DNA from: Escherichia phage ECO07P1
Length of the DNA stretch: 64,000 nucleotides
Sequence record: OP172784
Reading direction: 5' to 3' (one strand)
The notes under the pieces are model-generated. The model did no database searches, had not been told where the DNA came from, and was given only the letters and a program-made list of their open reading frames with translations. Every line of letters begins with the position of its first letter. Positions within the stretch are counted from its first letter, which is position 1. Of this stretch, positions 29,484 through 37,402 are shown in pieces. A program made the translations under genes and the position numbers.

Positions 29484-29513
29484 GTTTACATACCACAAGG
29501 ACTGTGGTACTAT
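29484..29513 (+). promoter_or_regulatory. T4-type early promoter (inside the denB 3' region)
   Basis: GTTTAC 29484-29489, 18-bp spacer, TACTAT. Confidence 0.45.
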
Positions 29514-29547
29514 ACAACTATCAACTGATACGGATTTGGAGAATAAA

Positions 29548-29754
29548 ATGTTTACTACAGCTGAATTAAAACGAGCAAAAGCTAAGAAAGGGCAAGGAAA
29601 ATATAAAGCTGAATTAGTTAAAGAACTTCAGTTTGCTGAGGCTGAATTGAATTCAATGATTATTCAAAATGCTCCAGAAACTGAAATTGCTCTTAAGCGT
29701 ATTGCGAATAAGTGTCTTCGTGATGCAATCGTCGATCTTTTAGCGGATTATTGA
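29548..29754 (+). CDS. Hypothetical protein (68 aa)
   Basis: ATG at 29548 with GGAG SD; track ORF begins 29449 inside the promoter. Confidence 0.4.
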   Translation: MFTTAELKRAKAKKGQGKYKAELVKELQFAEAELNSMIIQNAPETEIALKRIANKCLRDAIVDLLADY

Positions 29755-30023
29755 GTAAAATGAAATTTAAATTTTATTACGCTAAACATAAAATAACTGA
29801 TGAGTTTGTGTCAGTTGAATATTCTAGCGATGATGAAGGTATGATTTATACTCGCTTGGGACTATCGCACTGGGAGTCTGATACGCCTTATTTTTCAACT
29901 CCTGAAGAAATTACACGCTTAGTTAATGGTCATATGAATGACCACTGGGATGTAATTCTTTCAGATAGTCTTAAAGCGGCTATTAATAGTAATGAAATGA
30001 AAATCGCTGAGATTGAACTATGA
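29751..30023 (+). CDS. Hypothetical protein (90 aa)
   Basis: ATGA coupling to previous ORF. Confidence 0.45.
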   Translation: MSKMKFKFYYAKHKITDEFVSVEYSSDDEGMIYTRLGLSHWESDTPYFSTPEEITRLVNGHMNDHWDVILSDSLKAAINSNEMKIAEIEL

Positions 30024-30106
30024 GTTCATTGTGGTGGTGTTTTGTTTGGTTAATTAGTATTCCATTGATTTGTTTAGTATTTACTTTTGTGATGAGGTTA
30101 TTATGA
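30020..30106 (+). CDS. Tiny hydrophobic peptide (28 aa)
   Basis: ATG overlapping previous stop; MSSLWWCFVWLISIPLICLVFTFVMRLL. Confidence 0.3.
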   Translation: MSSLWWCFVWLISIPLICLVFTFVMRLL

Positions 30107-30201
30107 AAATTTTGAATTCTGTACTTATTGCTTGTGCGTGGTGGGTTGCACAAGTTTCAGCGGTAGTAGTTGGTATTCACATTTATTACGAATATTTTTA
30201 A
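30103..30201 (+). CDS. Tiny hydrophobic peptide (32 aa)
   Basis: ATGA coupling; MKILNSVLIACAWWVAQVSAVVVGIHIYYEYF. Confidence 0.3.
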   Translation: MKILNSVLIACAWWVAQVSAVVVGIHIYYEYF

Positions 30202-30208
30202 AAAAGTT

Positions 30209-30238
30209 GTTTACAAGACTGTTCCTCTGTGGTATTAT
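30209..30238 (+). promoter_or_regulatory. T4-type early promoter
   Basis: GTTTAC 30209-30214, 18-bp spacer, TATTAT. Confidence 0.45.
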
Positions 30239-30266
30239 TACCCTATCAACTACGGAGGAACAGAAA

Positions 30267-30380
30267 ATGAAAAAGATTGTTAAAGCTATATGGAATGTAG
30301 TTATAATATTAGTAGTTTTGAGTATATTCTCAATCGTTTTAATGATTGATGTATTAAACGCTTACTTTGGATTTATGTGA
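30267..30380 (+). CDS. Tiny single-TM peptide (37 aa)
   Basis: ATG at 30267 with GGAGG SD; MKKIVKAIWNVVIILVVLSIFSIVLMIDVLNAYFGFM. Confidence 0.35.
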   Translation: MKKIVKAIWNVVIILVVLSIFSIVLMIDVLNAYFGFM

Positions 30381-30387
30381 GGAAAAT

Positions 30388-30585
30388 ATGAAGCGTAAAC
30401 GCAGTGCTTTTACATTTATTGAATGGTTTTTCGATAATATTTTTCCAGCTTTATTCATTTTCATGCTGATTTTTGCCTTAGGTTCAGTTGTAGTTGGAAT
30501 CTATTTGATGGCAGTTGTCGGAATGGATATTCACCAAAATGGCTTAAAATCTGTGGTTGAAACAATTTGGAATGGTGTAAAATAA
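30388..30585 (+). CDS. Small membrane protein (65 aa)
   Basis: ATG at 30388 with GAGGA SD; hydrophobic core FPALFIFMLIFALGSVVVGIYLMAVVG. Confidence 0.4.
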   Translation: MKRKRSAFTFIEWFFDNIFPALFIFMLIFALGSVVVGIYLMAVVGMDIHQNGLKSVVETIWNGVK

Positions 30586-30693
30586 TGAATTTACTAAGCA
30601 TTTGGTTTTATATTCTTATGTTTTACATTGGTGCAAATTTCCCATATTGGATGGGATGGTCAACAACTGCATTTGGATTTTATACTCCTTGAG
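30586..30693 (+). CDS. Tiny hydrophobic peptide (35 aa)
   Basis: ATG at 30586; MNLLSIWFYILMFYIGANFPYWMGW. Confidence 0.3.
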
Positions 30694-30700
30694 GTGAATT

Positions 30701-30916
30701 ATGAAAATCTTTAAAGATGTAAAAGTTGGTGAAATTTTTTGCTTAGATAATGGTGATCAGTTAATTCGTATTTCGCCTCTTAAAAGCACTAGCGAGAAAA
30801 TGACAGTTAACGCTACTTTAGCAAATAACAGCAATGAACGTTTCTGTATTGAAAATGATACTGAAACTTATACTGTAGAAGAGTTCTGGGAATTAAGCGT
30901 CGACTGCGATGATTAA
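30701..30916 (+). CDS. Hypothetical acidic protein (71 aa)
   Basis: ORF with GAGG SD. Confidence 0.4.
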   Translation: MKIFKDVKVGEIFCLDNGDQLIRISPLKSTSEKMTVNATLANNSNERFCIENDTETYTVEEFWELSVDCDD

Positions 30917-30976
30917 TTTAATGGCCGTGTGTATTCATGCGGCCTTGGAGTAGAAAATAATTTAGAGGAAATTAAT

Positions 30977-31432
30977 ATGAAATACATGACTGTTACTGAT
31001 CTGAATAATGCAGGCGCTACTGTTATTGGTACAATCAAGGGCGGTGAATGGGTTTTTGGAACTCCGCATAAAGACATTTTGTCTAACCCTGGATTTTACT
31101 TTTTAGTGAGCAAATTTGGTGGTCCATTTGATAGTCCGTGTGTATCTGCACGATTTTGTGTAGGTAATCAGCGTTCTAAGCAAGGATTCAGTGCAGTTCT
31201 AAGTCATATTCGTCAGCGTCGGTCTCAGCTTGCACGTACTATTGCAAATAACAATGTTCCATACGCGGTATTTTATCTACCTGCTTCTAAGATGAAACCT
31301 CTGACGACGGGATTTGGAAAAGGTCAGTTAGCTTTAGCGTTTACCCGTAATCATCGTTCTGAGTATCAAACACTTGAAGAAATGAATCGTATGTTGGCTG
31401 ATAACTTTAAATTTGTTTTGCAGGCGTATTAA
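30977..31432 (+). CDS. ndd: Ndd, nucleoid disruption protein (151 aa)
   Basis: ATG at 30977 gives 151 aa matching remembered T4 Ndd ([18 protein letters not shown]...). Confidence 0.85.
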
Positions 31433-31512
31433 TGAGTAATTTCCATAACGAACACGTGATGCAGTTCTATCGTAACAATCTTAAAACTAAAGGCGTCTTC
31501 GGACGCCAGTGA
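31432..31512 (+). CDS. stp: Stp, 26-aa suppressor-of-pnk peptide
   Basis: 26-aa ORF overlapping ndd stop (TAATG); size and position match T4 Stp; CUUCGG hairpin at its 3' end. Confidence 0.6.
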
Positions 31513-31519
31513 GGAAAAT

Positions 31520-31678
31520 ATGAATATTGCAAAATTATTAGGAGTTATTTCATTTATTTGTTGGATAGTAGCATGTGTTTTAACTATCTATATTGATGCC
31601 AGCAGCGTGTTTTCACAAGCTTTAGCTCAGGGTATGTGTGCATATTTAACATTTGTGTTGTTATCTACTAATGATTAA
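31520..31678 (+). CDS. ac: Ac-like small membrane protein (52 aa)
   Basis: GAGGA SD; hydrophobic; position between stp and 52 as T4 ac. Confidence 0.5.
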   Translation: MNIAKLLGVISFICWIVACVLTIYIDASSVFSQALAQGMCAYLTFVLLSTND

Positions 31679-31815
31679 GAAAATCTTGGGCTACTCAGTA
31701 GCCCTTGCTACTTTATTGGTAGCACTATATTATGGAGTAATGTTCGGATTAATTCAAGTCGTGCTTTTCATTTCTGATGTTATTATGGCACTACATTCAC
31801 TAGTATGGTAAATTT

Positions 31816-33144
31816 ATGCAACTGAATAATCGCGATTTAAAAAGTATCATTGATAATGAAGCATTGGCTTATGCTATGTACACGGTTGAAAATCGTGCTA
31901 TCCCAAATATGATTGATGGATTTAAGCCAGTTCAACGATTTGTTATTGCTCGAGCTCTTGATTTGGCACGGGGAAATAAAGATAAGTTTCACAAACTCGC
32001 TTCTATTGCAGGTGGTGTAGCTGACCTTGGATATCATCATGGTGAAAACTCTGCGCAAGACGCGGGGGCTTTGATGGCTAATACTTGGAATAATAACTTT
32101 CCTTTGTTAGATGGTCAAGGAAACTTTGGTTCTCGTACTGTTCAAAAAGCAGCGGCAAGTCGTTATATTTTTGCTCGTGTAAGTAAAAATTTCTATAACG
32201 TATATAAAGATACTGAATATGCTCCGGTACATCAAGATAAAGAACACATTCCGCCTGCTTTTTATTTGCCTATTATTCCTACCGTTCTTCTTAATGGTGT
32301 TTCCGGTATTGCAACTGGTTATGCAACTTACATTCTTCCTCATAGCGTTTCTTCTGTCAAGAAAGCTGTATTACAAGCTCTTCAAGGAAAGAAAGTAACT
32401 AAACCGAAGGTAGAATTCCCAGAATTTCGTGGTGAAGTCGTTGAAATTGACGGTCAATATGAAATTCGTGGAACGTACAAGTTTACTTCACGAACTCAAA
32501 TGAATATCACTGAGATTCCGTATAAGTATGATCGTGAAACTTATGTGAGTAAAATCTTAGACCCGCTTGAAGATAAAGGCTTCATTACGTGGGATGATGC
32601 TTGTGGTGAGCATGGTTTTGGATTTAAAATTAAATTCCGCAAAGAATACTCTTTGAGCGATAACGAAGAAGAACGCCATGCAAAAATCATGAAAGACTTC
32701 GGGTTGATTGAGCGTCGTTCCCAGAATATTACCGTTATTAATGAGAAAGGAAAACTACAAGTTTACGATAACGTAGTTGATTTAATTAAAGACTTCGTTG
32801 AAGTTCGTAAAACTTATGTCCAAAAACGAATTGATAACAAAATCAAAGAAACTGAATCAGCATTTCGTTTAGCCTTTGCCAAGGCGCATTTCATTAAGAA
32901 AGTAATTTCAGGTGAAATTGTTGTACAAGATAAAACTCGCAAAGAACTGACCGAAGAACTTTCTAAAATTGATATGTATTCTTCTTATGTTGATAAACTA
33001 GTTGGAATGAACATTTTTCATATGACTTCCGACGAAGCAAAGAAACTTGCTGAAGAAGCTAAAGCCAAAAAAGAAGAAAACGAATATTGGAAAACTACTG
33101 ATGTAGTTACAGAATACACCAAAGATTTAGAGGAAATCAAATGA
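31816..33144 (+). CDS. 52: Topoisomerase II medium subunit gp52 (GyrA-like)
   Basis: 442 aa, matches T4 gp52. Confidence 0.95.
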   Translation: MQLNNRDLKSIIDNEALAYAMYTVENRAIPNMIDGFKPVQRFVIARALDLARGNKDKFHKLASIAGGVADLGYHHGENSAQDAGALMANTWNNNFPLLDGQGNFGSRTVQKAAASRYIFARVSKNFYNVYKDTEYAPVHQDKEHIPPAFYLPIIPTVLLNGVSGIATGYATYILPHSVSSVKKAVLQALQGKKVTKPKVEFPEFRGEVVEIDGQYEIRGTYKFTSRTQMNITEIPYKYDRETYVSKILDPLEDKGFITWDDACGEHGFGFKIKFRKEYSLSDNEEERHAKIMKDFGLIERRSQNITVINEKGKLQVYDNVVDLIKDFVEVRKTYVQKRIDNKIKETESAFRLAFAKAHFIKKVISGEIVVQDKTRKELTEELSKIDMYSSYVDKLVGMNIFHMTSDEAKKLAEEAKAKKEENEYWKTTDVVTEYTKDLEEIK

Positions 33145-33290
33145 GTCCATTCATAGGTATTACAAGCGCTGCATTAGTATCCGGTGGCATTTTACTGGCG
33201 GGTTTAGGTGTTGTTCCTGCCGTAGCAGGAGGTCTTCTTGCGTTCGGAATTCAACGTGTTATCATGACAGTTATCACAGTCATGCAGTAA
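33141..33290 (+). CDS. Small Gly/Ala-rich membrane peptide (49 aa)
   Basis: ATGA coupling with gene 52 stop; hydrophobic. Confidence 0.35.
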   Translation: MSPFIGITSAALVSGGILLAGLGVVPAVAGGLLAFGIQRVIMTVITVMQ

Positions 33291-33295
33291 TTTTA

Positions 33296-33322
33296 GGGAG
33301 AGCCGAGGCTCTCCCTTTTTTA
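33296..33322 (+). terminator. Rho-independent terminator
   Basis: gggagagcc-gaggctctccc followed by TTTTTT. Confidence 0.6.
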
Positions 33323-33346
33323 TTTCAAAAATTTTTTCACAAAATG

Positions 33347-33376
33347 GTTTACAACCAAAGCATACTGTGGTACTAT
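33347..33376 (+). promoter_or_regulatory. T4-type early promoter upstream of motA
   Basis: GTTTAC 33347-33352, 18-bp spacer, TACTAT. Confidence 0.5.
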
Positions 33377-33417
33377 ACAACTATCAACTGCTGATACAGA
33401 ATTACGGAGATTAGAAA

Positions 33418-34053
33418 ATGTCTAAAGTAACTTACATCATCAAAGCTTCTAACGATGTTCTGAATGAAAAAACTGCTGCGATTTTAATTACCATTGCTAA
33501 GAAAGATTTCATTACAGCTGCAGAAGTTCGTGAGGTGCATCCAGATTTAGGTAACGCAGTAGTTAACAGTAATATTGGGGTATTGATTAAAAAAGGCCTG
33601 GTGGAGAAATCTGGCGATGGATTAATCATTACAGGTGAAGCTCAGGATATTATTTCAAATGCAGCAACTTTATATGCACAGGAAAACGCTCCTGAACTGC
33701 TGAAAAAACGAGCAACTCGTAAAGCTCGTGAGATTACTTCCGATATGGAAGAAGATAAAGACTTCATGTTAAAACTTTTAGATGAAAATGGATTTGTTCT
33801 TAAAAAGGTTGAAACTTACCGCAGTAACTATCTTGCTATTTTAGAAAAACGCACTCACGGAATTCGTAATTTTGAAATTAACAACAATGGAAATATGCGA
33901 ATTTTTGGATACAAAATGATGGAACATCATATTCAGAAATTTACTGATATCGGAATGTCATGCAAAATCGCTAAAAATGGTAATGTGTATCTTGACATTA
34001 AACGCTCGGCAGAAAACATTGAAGCAGTAATCACCGTAGCATCTGAACTGTGA
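33418..34053 (+). CDS. motA: MotA, middle-transcription activator
   Basis: 211 aa, near-identical to remembered T4 MotA. Confidence 0.95.
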   Translation: MSKVTYIIKASNDVLNEKTAAILITIAKKDFITAAEVREVHPDLGNAVVNSNIGVLIKKGLVEKSGDGLIITGEAQDIISNAATLYAQENAPELLKKRATRKAREITSDMEEDKDFMLKLLDENGFVLKKVETYRSNYLAILEKRTHGIRNFEINNNGNMRIFGYKMMEHHIQKFTDIGMSCKIAKNGNVYLDIKRSAENIEAVITVASEL

Positions 34054-34063
34054 GGAATAAATA

Positions 34064-34393
34064 ATGAACAAGTTAGAAATTGTTAATGAACTTCGTCGTT
34101 GTGCAGAACCCACTCAAGAGGGGTGGGATATCTGGTACCATGGAGCTTATCTTGGAACTATTGTAAAGATTAAGACTGGTAAATACATGATTATTCGTGA
34201 AAGTAAAGATGCTCCAGTAGGTATTCGCAATAATTTCATGGCAGCTATAAGTTCCTTTACGGATGCAGCTTACGAAATTTACCTTGATGATTATAAAGAA
34301 TTCCAGGAATCTCAACCAGTTATTCGCTCAATTGGTGTTAACAAAGCTCAACAGAAAACTTTGTGGCAACGTATTAAAGGATGGTTTAAATGA
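34064..34393 (+). CDS. Hypothetical protein
   Basis: 109-aa ORF. Confidence 0.45.
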   Translation: MNKLEIVNELRRCAEPTQEGWDIWYHGAYLGTIVKIKTGKYMIIRESKDAPVGIRNNFMAAISSFTDAAYEIYLDDYKEFQESQPVIRSIGVNKAQQKTLWQRIKGWFK

Positions 34394-34851
34394 AAACTTT
34401 TAAAGAACGTTTAGCTCTGTTAGATAAAGCTTTGTCACGTGAGACTCCAGAAAGTCTGGCTGCTAAATTAGCTTCTTACAGCGGTGAATATACAGAAGAA
34501 GATATTTTAAAAGAAGTTCCTGAAATCTGTTGGCAGACCGCGTATTGGGACGAAAATCAAAAATATCAACGAAGAATTGTTTGCGCAGCCAACCGTTTTA
34601 AATTAAAAGATGGACGAACTCTTATTATTCCGGGTGCTCGTCATTATTCTAAAGATATGGCAGAAGTTTTAGATGTAGTTAAATCTCAATTAGTTACTCA
34701 GCAAGTTTGTGATGATGACCAAGGGTTTATTGACCAATATAGTAATTATTGGACACGTGAAGAAGCAATGATTATTGCAACTTACGCTGGACAAGTACGT
34801 ATTGAACGTGGTGGTAGTGAAAAAGAACTTTACTCTGAGGACCTTTACTAA
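34390..34851 (+). CDS. Hypothetical protein
   Basis: 153-aa ORF, ATGA coupling. Confidence 0.45.
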   Translation: MKTFKERLALLDKALSRETPESLAAKLASYSGEYTEEDILKEVPEICWQTAYWDENQKYQRRIVCAANRFKLKDGRTLIIPGARHYSKDMAEVLDVVKSQLVTQQVCDDDQGFIDQYSNYWTREEAMIIATYAGQVRIERGGSEKELYSEDLY

Positions 34852-35147
34852 TGAATATTAAAAAGTTTCAAATTGATGGAATTATGAATCAAATCCAGGC
34901 ATTGGAATATGCCAATAAAATGATGTCAACCAAATGGGGAATTTATGCCAATGAACCGGCATTTCAGTTCTGTAATATGGAATTCGCTAAAAAGCTCGTA
35001 GGAAAAGATTATGTATGTCCATTTAGTTCTCCAGTAAATGGAATGTTAAAACCTGCTTTACGCGATCTTTATATTGTGATGAACGAAGAGATGATAAAAG
35101 AGCTAAAACGTCAACTGAAGGTGATTCAATTTGGCCAGGGAAATTAA
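34851..35147 (+). CDS. Hypothetical protein
   Basis: 98-aa ORF. Confidence 0.45.
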   Translation: MNIKKFQIDGIMNQIQALEYANKMMSTKWGIYANEPAFQFCNMEFAKKLVGKDYVCPFSSPVNGMLKPALRDLYIVMNEEMIKELKRQLKVIQFGQGN

Positions 35148-35349
35148 TTCAAAATCCGATTATTTTAATTCTCTCAATGATAAAGATAAAAATCTAATAC
35201 GGCATTTTATCGTTGAGATGGGATATACTGACACACGTGATTTAAGAGAACATATATTTGAATGTGGTGTAGCTAAAAAGTTTTCATTCACATGCAAATG
35301 TTTAAGAGAGGTAATTCAACACTATGAACAATTTAGTCGCAAAACATAA
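35131..35349 (+). CDS. Hypothetical protein
   Basis: 72-aa ORF overlapping previous by 17 nt. Confidence 0.4.
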   Translation: MAREINSKSDYFNSLNDKDKNLIRHFIVEMGYTDTRDLREHIFECGVAKKFSFTCKCLREVIQHYEQFSRKT

Positions 35350-35432
35350 TTTTAATAAAGCTTCTGTCCATAAGGATAAGAAGAAAGCGTTTAAAGAATC
35401 TAATCGCAAACAGAAACATAAGGGGAAGGTCT

Positions 35433-35711
35433 ATGATTATTGATTCTCAATCTGTGGTTCAATATACAATCAAAATTGATATTCTAGAAAAGCTATATAA
35501 GTTTCTACCAAATTTATACCACTCAATTGTTAATGAATTAGTTGAAGAACTACATCTTGAGAATAATGATTTCTTGGTTGGAACTTATAAAGATAACTTA
35601 AAGGCGGGATATTTTTACGTAATTCCAGCTCCAGGAAAAAGTATTGATGATGTATTAAAAACTATAATGTTTTATGTCCATGATTACGAAATTGAAGATT
35701 ATTTCGAATGA
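35433..35711 (+). CDS. arn: Arn, anti-restriction (anti-McrBC) protein
   Basis: 92 aa, acidic; size and position (between motA and asiA) match T4 Arn. Confidence 0.65.
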   Translation: MIIDSQSVVQYTIKIDILEKLYKFLPNLYHSIVNELVEELHLENNDFLVGTYKDNLKAGYFYVIPAPGKSIDDVLKTIMFYVHDYEIEDYFE

Positions 35712-35860
35712 GTCATAATCTTGAAAAGGTAATCGAGCATAATGTAGCTCAGGAACGTGAGTCGTTCAAGGAATTCGTAGAAAAAATTTTTGAAGAAAAT
35801 AACACAGACCAGTTTACAAATAAAGCGTCTGATGATATTATAATAAAGTCAACTAATTGA
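35708..35860 (+). CDS. Small hypothetical acidic protein (50 aa)
   Basis: ATGA coupling with arn stop; below track cutoff. Confidence 0.3.
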   Translation: MSHNLEKVIEHNVAQERESFKEFVEKIFEENNTDQFTNKASDDIIIKSTN

Positions 35861-35872
35861 GTGGTATAGTTA

Positions 35873-36145
35873 ATGAATAAAAACATTGATACAGTTCGTG
35901 AAATTATTACTGTTGCGTCTATTTTGATTAAATTTTCCAGAGAAGATATTGTTGAGAATCGTGCTAATTTTATTGCATTTCTGAATGAGATTGGAGTAAC
36001 GCATGAAGGTAGAAAGTTAAATCAGAATTCATTCCGTAAAATTGTTTCTGAATTAACCCAAGAAGATAAGAAAACCCTCATCGACGAATTCAACGAGGGT
36101 TTTGAGAGTGTATATCGATATCTAGAGATGTATACGAACAAATAA
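35873..36145 (+). CDS. asiA: AsiA anti-sigma-70 factor
   Basis: 90 aa, near-identical to remembered T4 AsiA. Confidence 0.9.
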   Translation: MNKNIDTVREIITVASILIKFSREDIVENRANFIAFLNEIGVTHEGRKLNQNSFRKIVSELTQEDKKTLIDEFNEGFESVYRYLEMYTNK

Positions 36146-36802
36146 TTATTTAGCCCTTCCTAATATTCTGGCCGCCTGAGAACATATTGATTCAAGGCGG
36201 TCATTACTTATATGATCATTTCTATACCAGTACATGGTTATTGTTCCAGCATAGATGTTATCCAAATTAAAATATGGACAACTGTACATGTAATTTATTT
36301 CGGGAGTAGGCTTTTTAGTTGGTAAAAAAGCAAATTTTGAGTTGGAATAATAATGACGTCCATTTAAATGAACTGTATATTCATCCATAGTTTTATCAAC
36401 AGGATATCCTCCAAGTGATTTTTCACTTATTGTTGAAGGTAATTTTCCTTCATATGCTATAATATCAACAAAATAGTTTAAGTTTTTAGGGCGGAAAGAA
36501 TACACCGCACTAAAGTCTGCCTCAGATGATATGTGAACTATCTGGAGTTGTTCCAGGGCGACAGATTCAAAGCGTGCGTTTCTTTCCTTTTCAATAATTT
36601 CACGGTATGTTTCATACTTTGATTGCTTATAGTACTCAAAGAAACTATCTCCCCTATACCAAACAATCGCCATCATAAATAAAAGAATTACGACAGCTAC
36701 TCGGGAAGCAAGAACCTTCCCGGTAGCATTATCTTTGAACAAGCGATCTAGAACACCCAACAGAATATCAGAGGGCGAAAATGATATTCTAGGTGCTGCC
36801 AT
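36146..36802 (-). CDS. t: Holin T
   Basis: 218 aa, single N-terminal TM helix; matches T4 T holin. Confidence 0.95.
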   Translation of the reverse strand: MAAPRISFSPSDILLGVLDRLFKDNATGKVLASRVAVVILLFMMAIVWYRGDSFFEYYKQSKYETYREIIEKERNARFESVALEQLQIVHISSEADFSAVYSFRPKNLNYFVDIIAYEGKLPSTISEKSLGGYPVDKTMDEYTVHLNGRHYYSNSKFAFLPTKKPTPEINYMYSCPYFNLDNIYAGTITMYWYRNDHISNDRLESICSQAARILGRAK

Positions 36803-36820
36803 AGACCCTCCTTTTAAGGA

Positions 36821-36828
36821 TATTTATA
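36821..36828 (-). promoter_or_regulatory. T4 late promoter TATAAATA (- strand) upstream of t
   Basis: Reverse complement of tatttata, overlapping gene 38 stop, about 19 nt upstream of the t ATG. Confidence 0.45.
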
Positions 36829-37375
36829 CGTAATTCCTGAATAAACGCTTATACCAAGGCTTCCATTCTTTTTCAGGCCATTTAGGAAATTCACCACCTA
36901 AATGCTCATGCTTTTCTAAAAGAGCAAAGAACCGTTTAAGGTTTTGATAATAGAATTTTTCCTTTTTATTTGCAACTGAAGCTTCGATCATATTATTCAA
37001 TACTTGGAATTCTTTATATAATTCTTCAATTTTTCTATTACGAATTAAAACGCGTTTATATGTTTCGTCTTCTTTCCAACCATCATCAGTCCATATATCA
37101 AATTCGCCGGGTTCATCAAAAGTTATACCAACCGGGCTTCCTATGTCAGTTATTAAGATTTCTTCTTTATTAAAAGTCCAAGCCCGTTTACCGCGATGGT
37201 CTTCTTCATAAATCCAATCCTGAATACGTTCATCAAATACAACTGCGTATCCTTCTTTAGGTTCTAAAGGTTTTTTAATTGTTGAATGAGCAGGAAGACC
37301 GAGGCCTTTAACCGGTTTGTAATTTTCTTCTTTGTAAAATTCTTTAGTGTCAAAATAATAATGATATATTTTCAT
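36824..37375 (-). CDS. 38: gp38 tail-fibre assembly chaperone (T4-type, 183 aa)
   Basis: Near-identical to remembered T4 gp38 (MKIYHYYFDTKEFYKEENY...). Confidence 0.9.
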   Translation of the reverse strand: MKIYHYYFDTKEFYKEENYKPVKGLGLPAHSTIKKPLEPKEGYAVVFDERIQDWIYEEDHRGKRAWTFNKEEILITDIGSPVGITFDEPGEFDIWTDDGWKEDETYKRVLIRNRKIEELYKEFQVLNNMIEASVANKKEKFYYQNLKRFFALLEKHEHLGGEFPKWPEKEWKPWYKRLFRNYV

Positions 37376-37382
37376 ATTTAGA

Positions 37383-37398
37383 AGGGGCCGAAGCCCCT
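37383..37398 (-). other. CUUCGG-type hairpin between genes 37 and 38
   Basis: aggggc-ttcg-gcccct on the - strand; no T-run. Confidence 0.35.
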
Positions 37399-37402
37399 CT
37401 CC

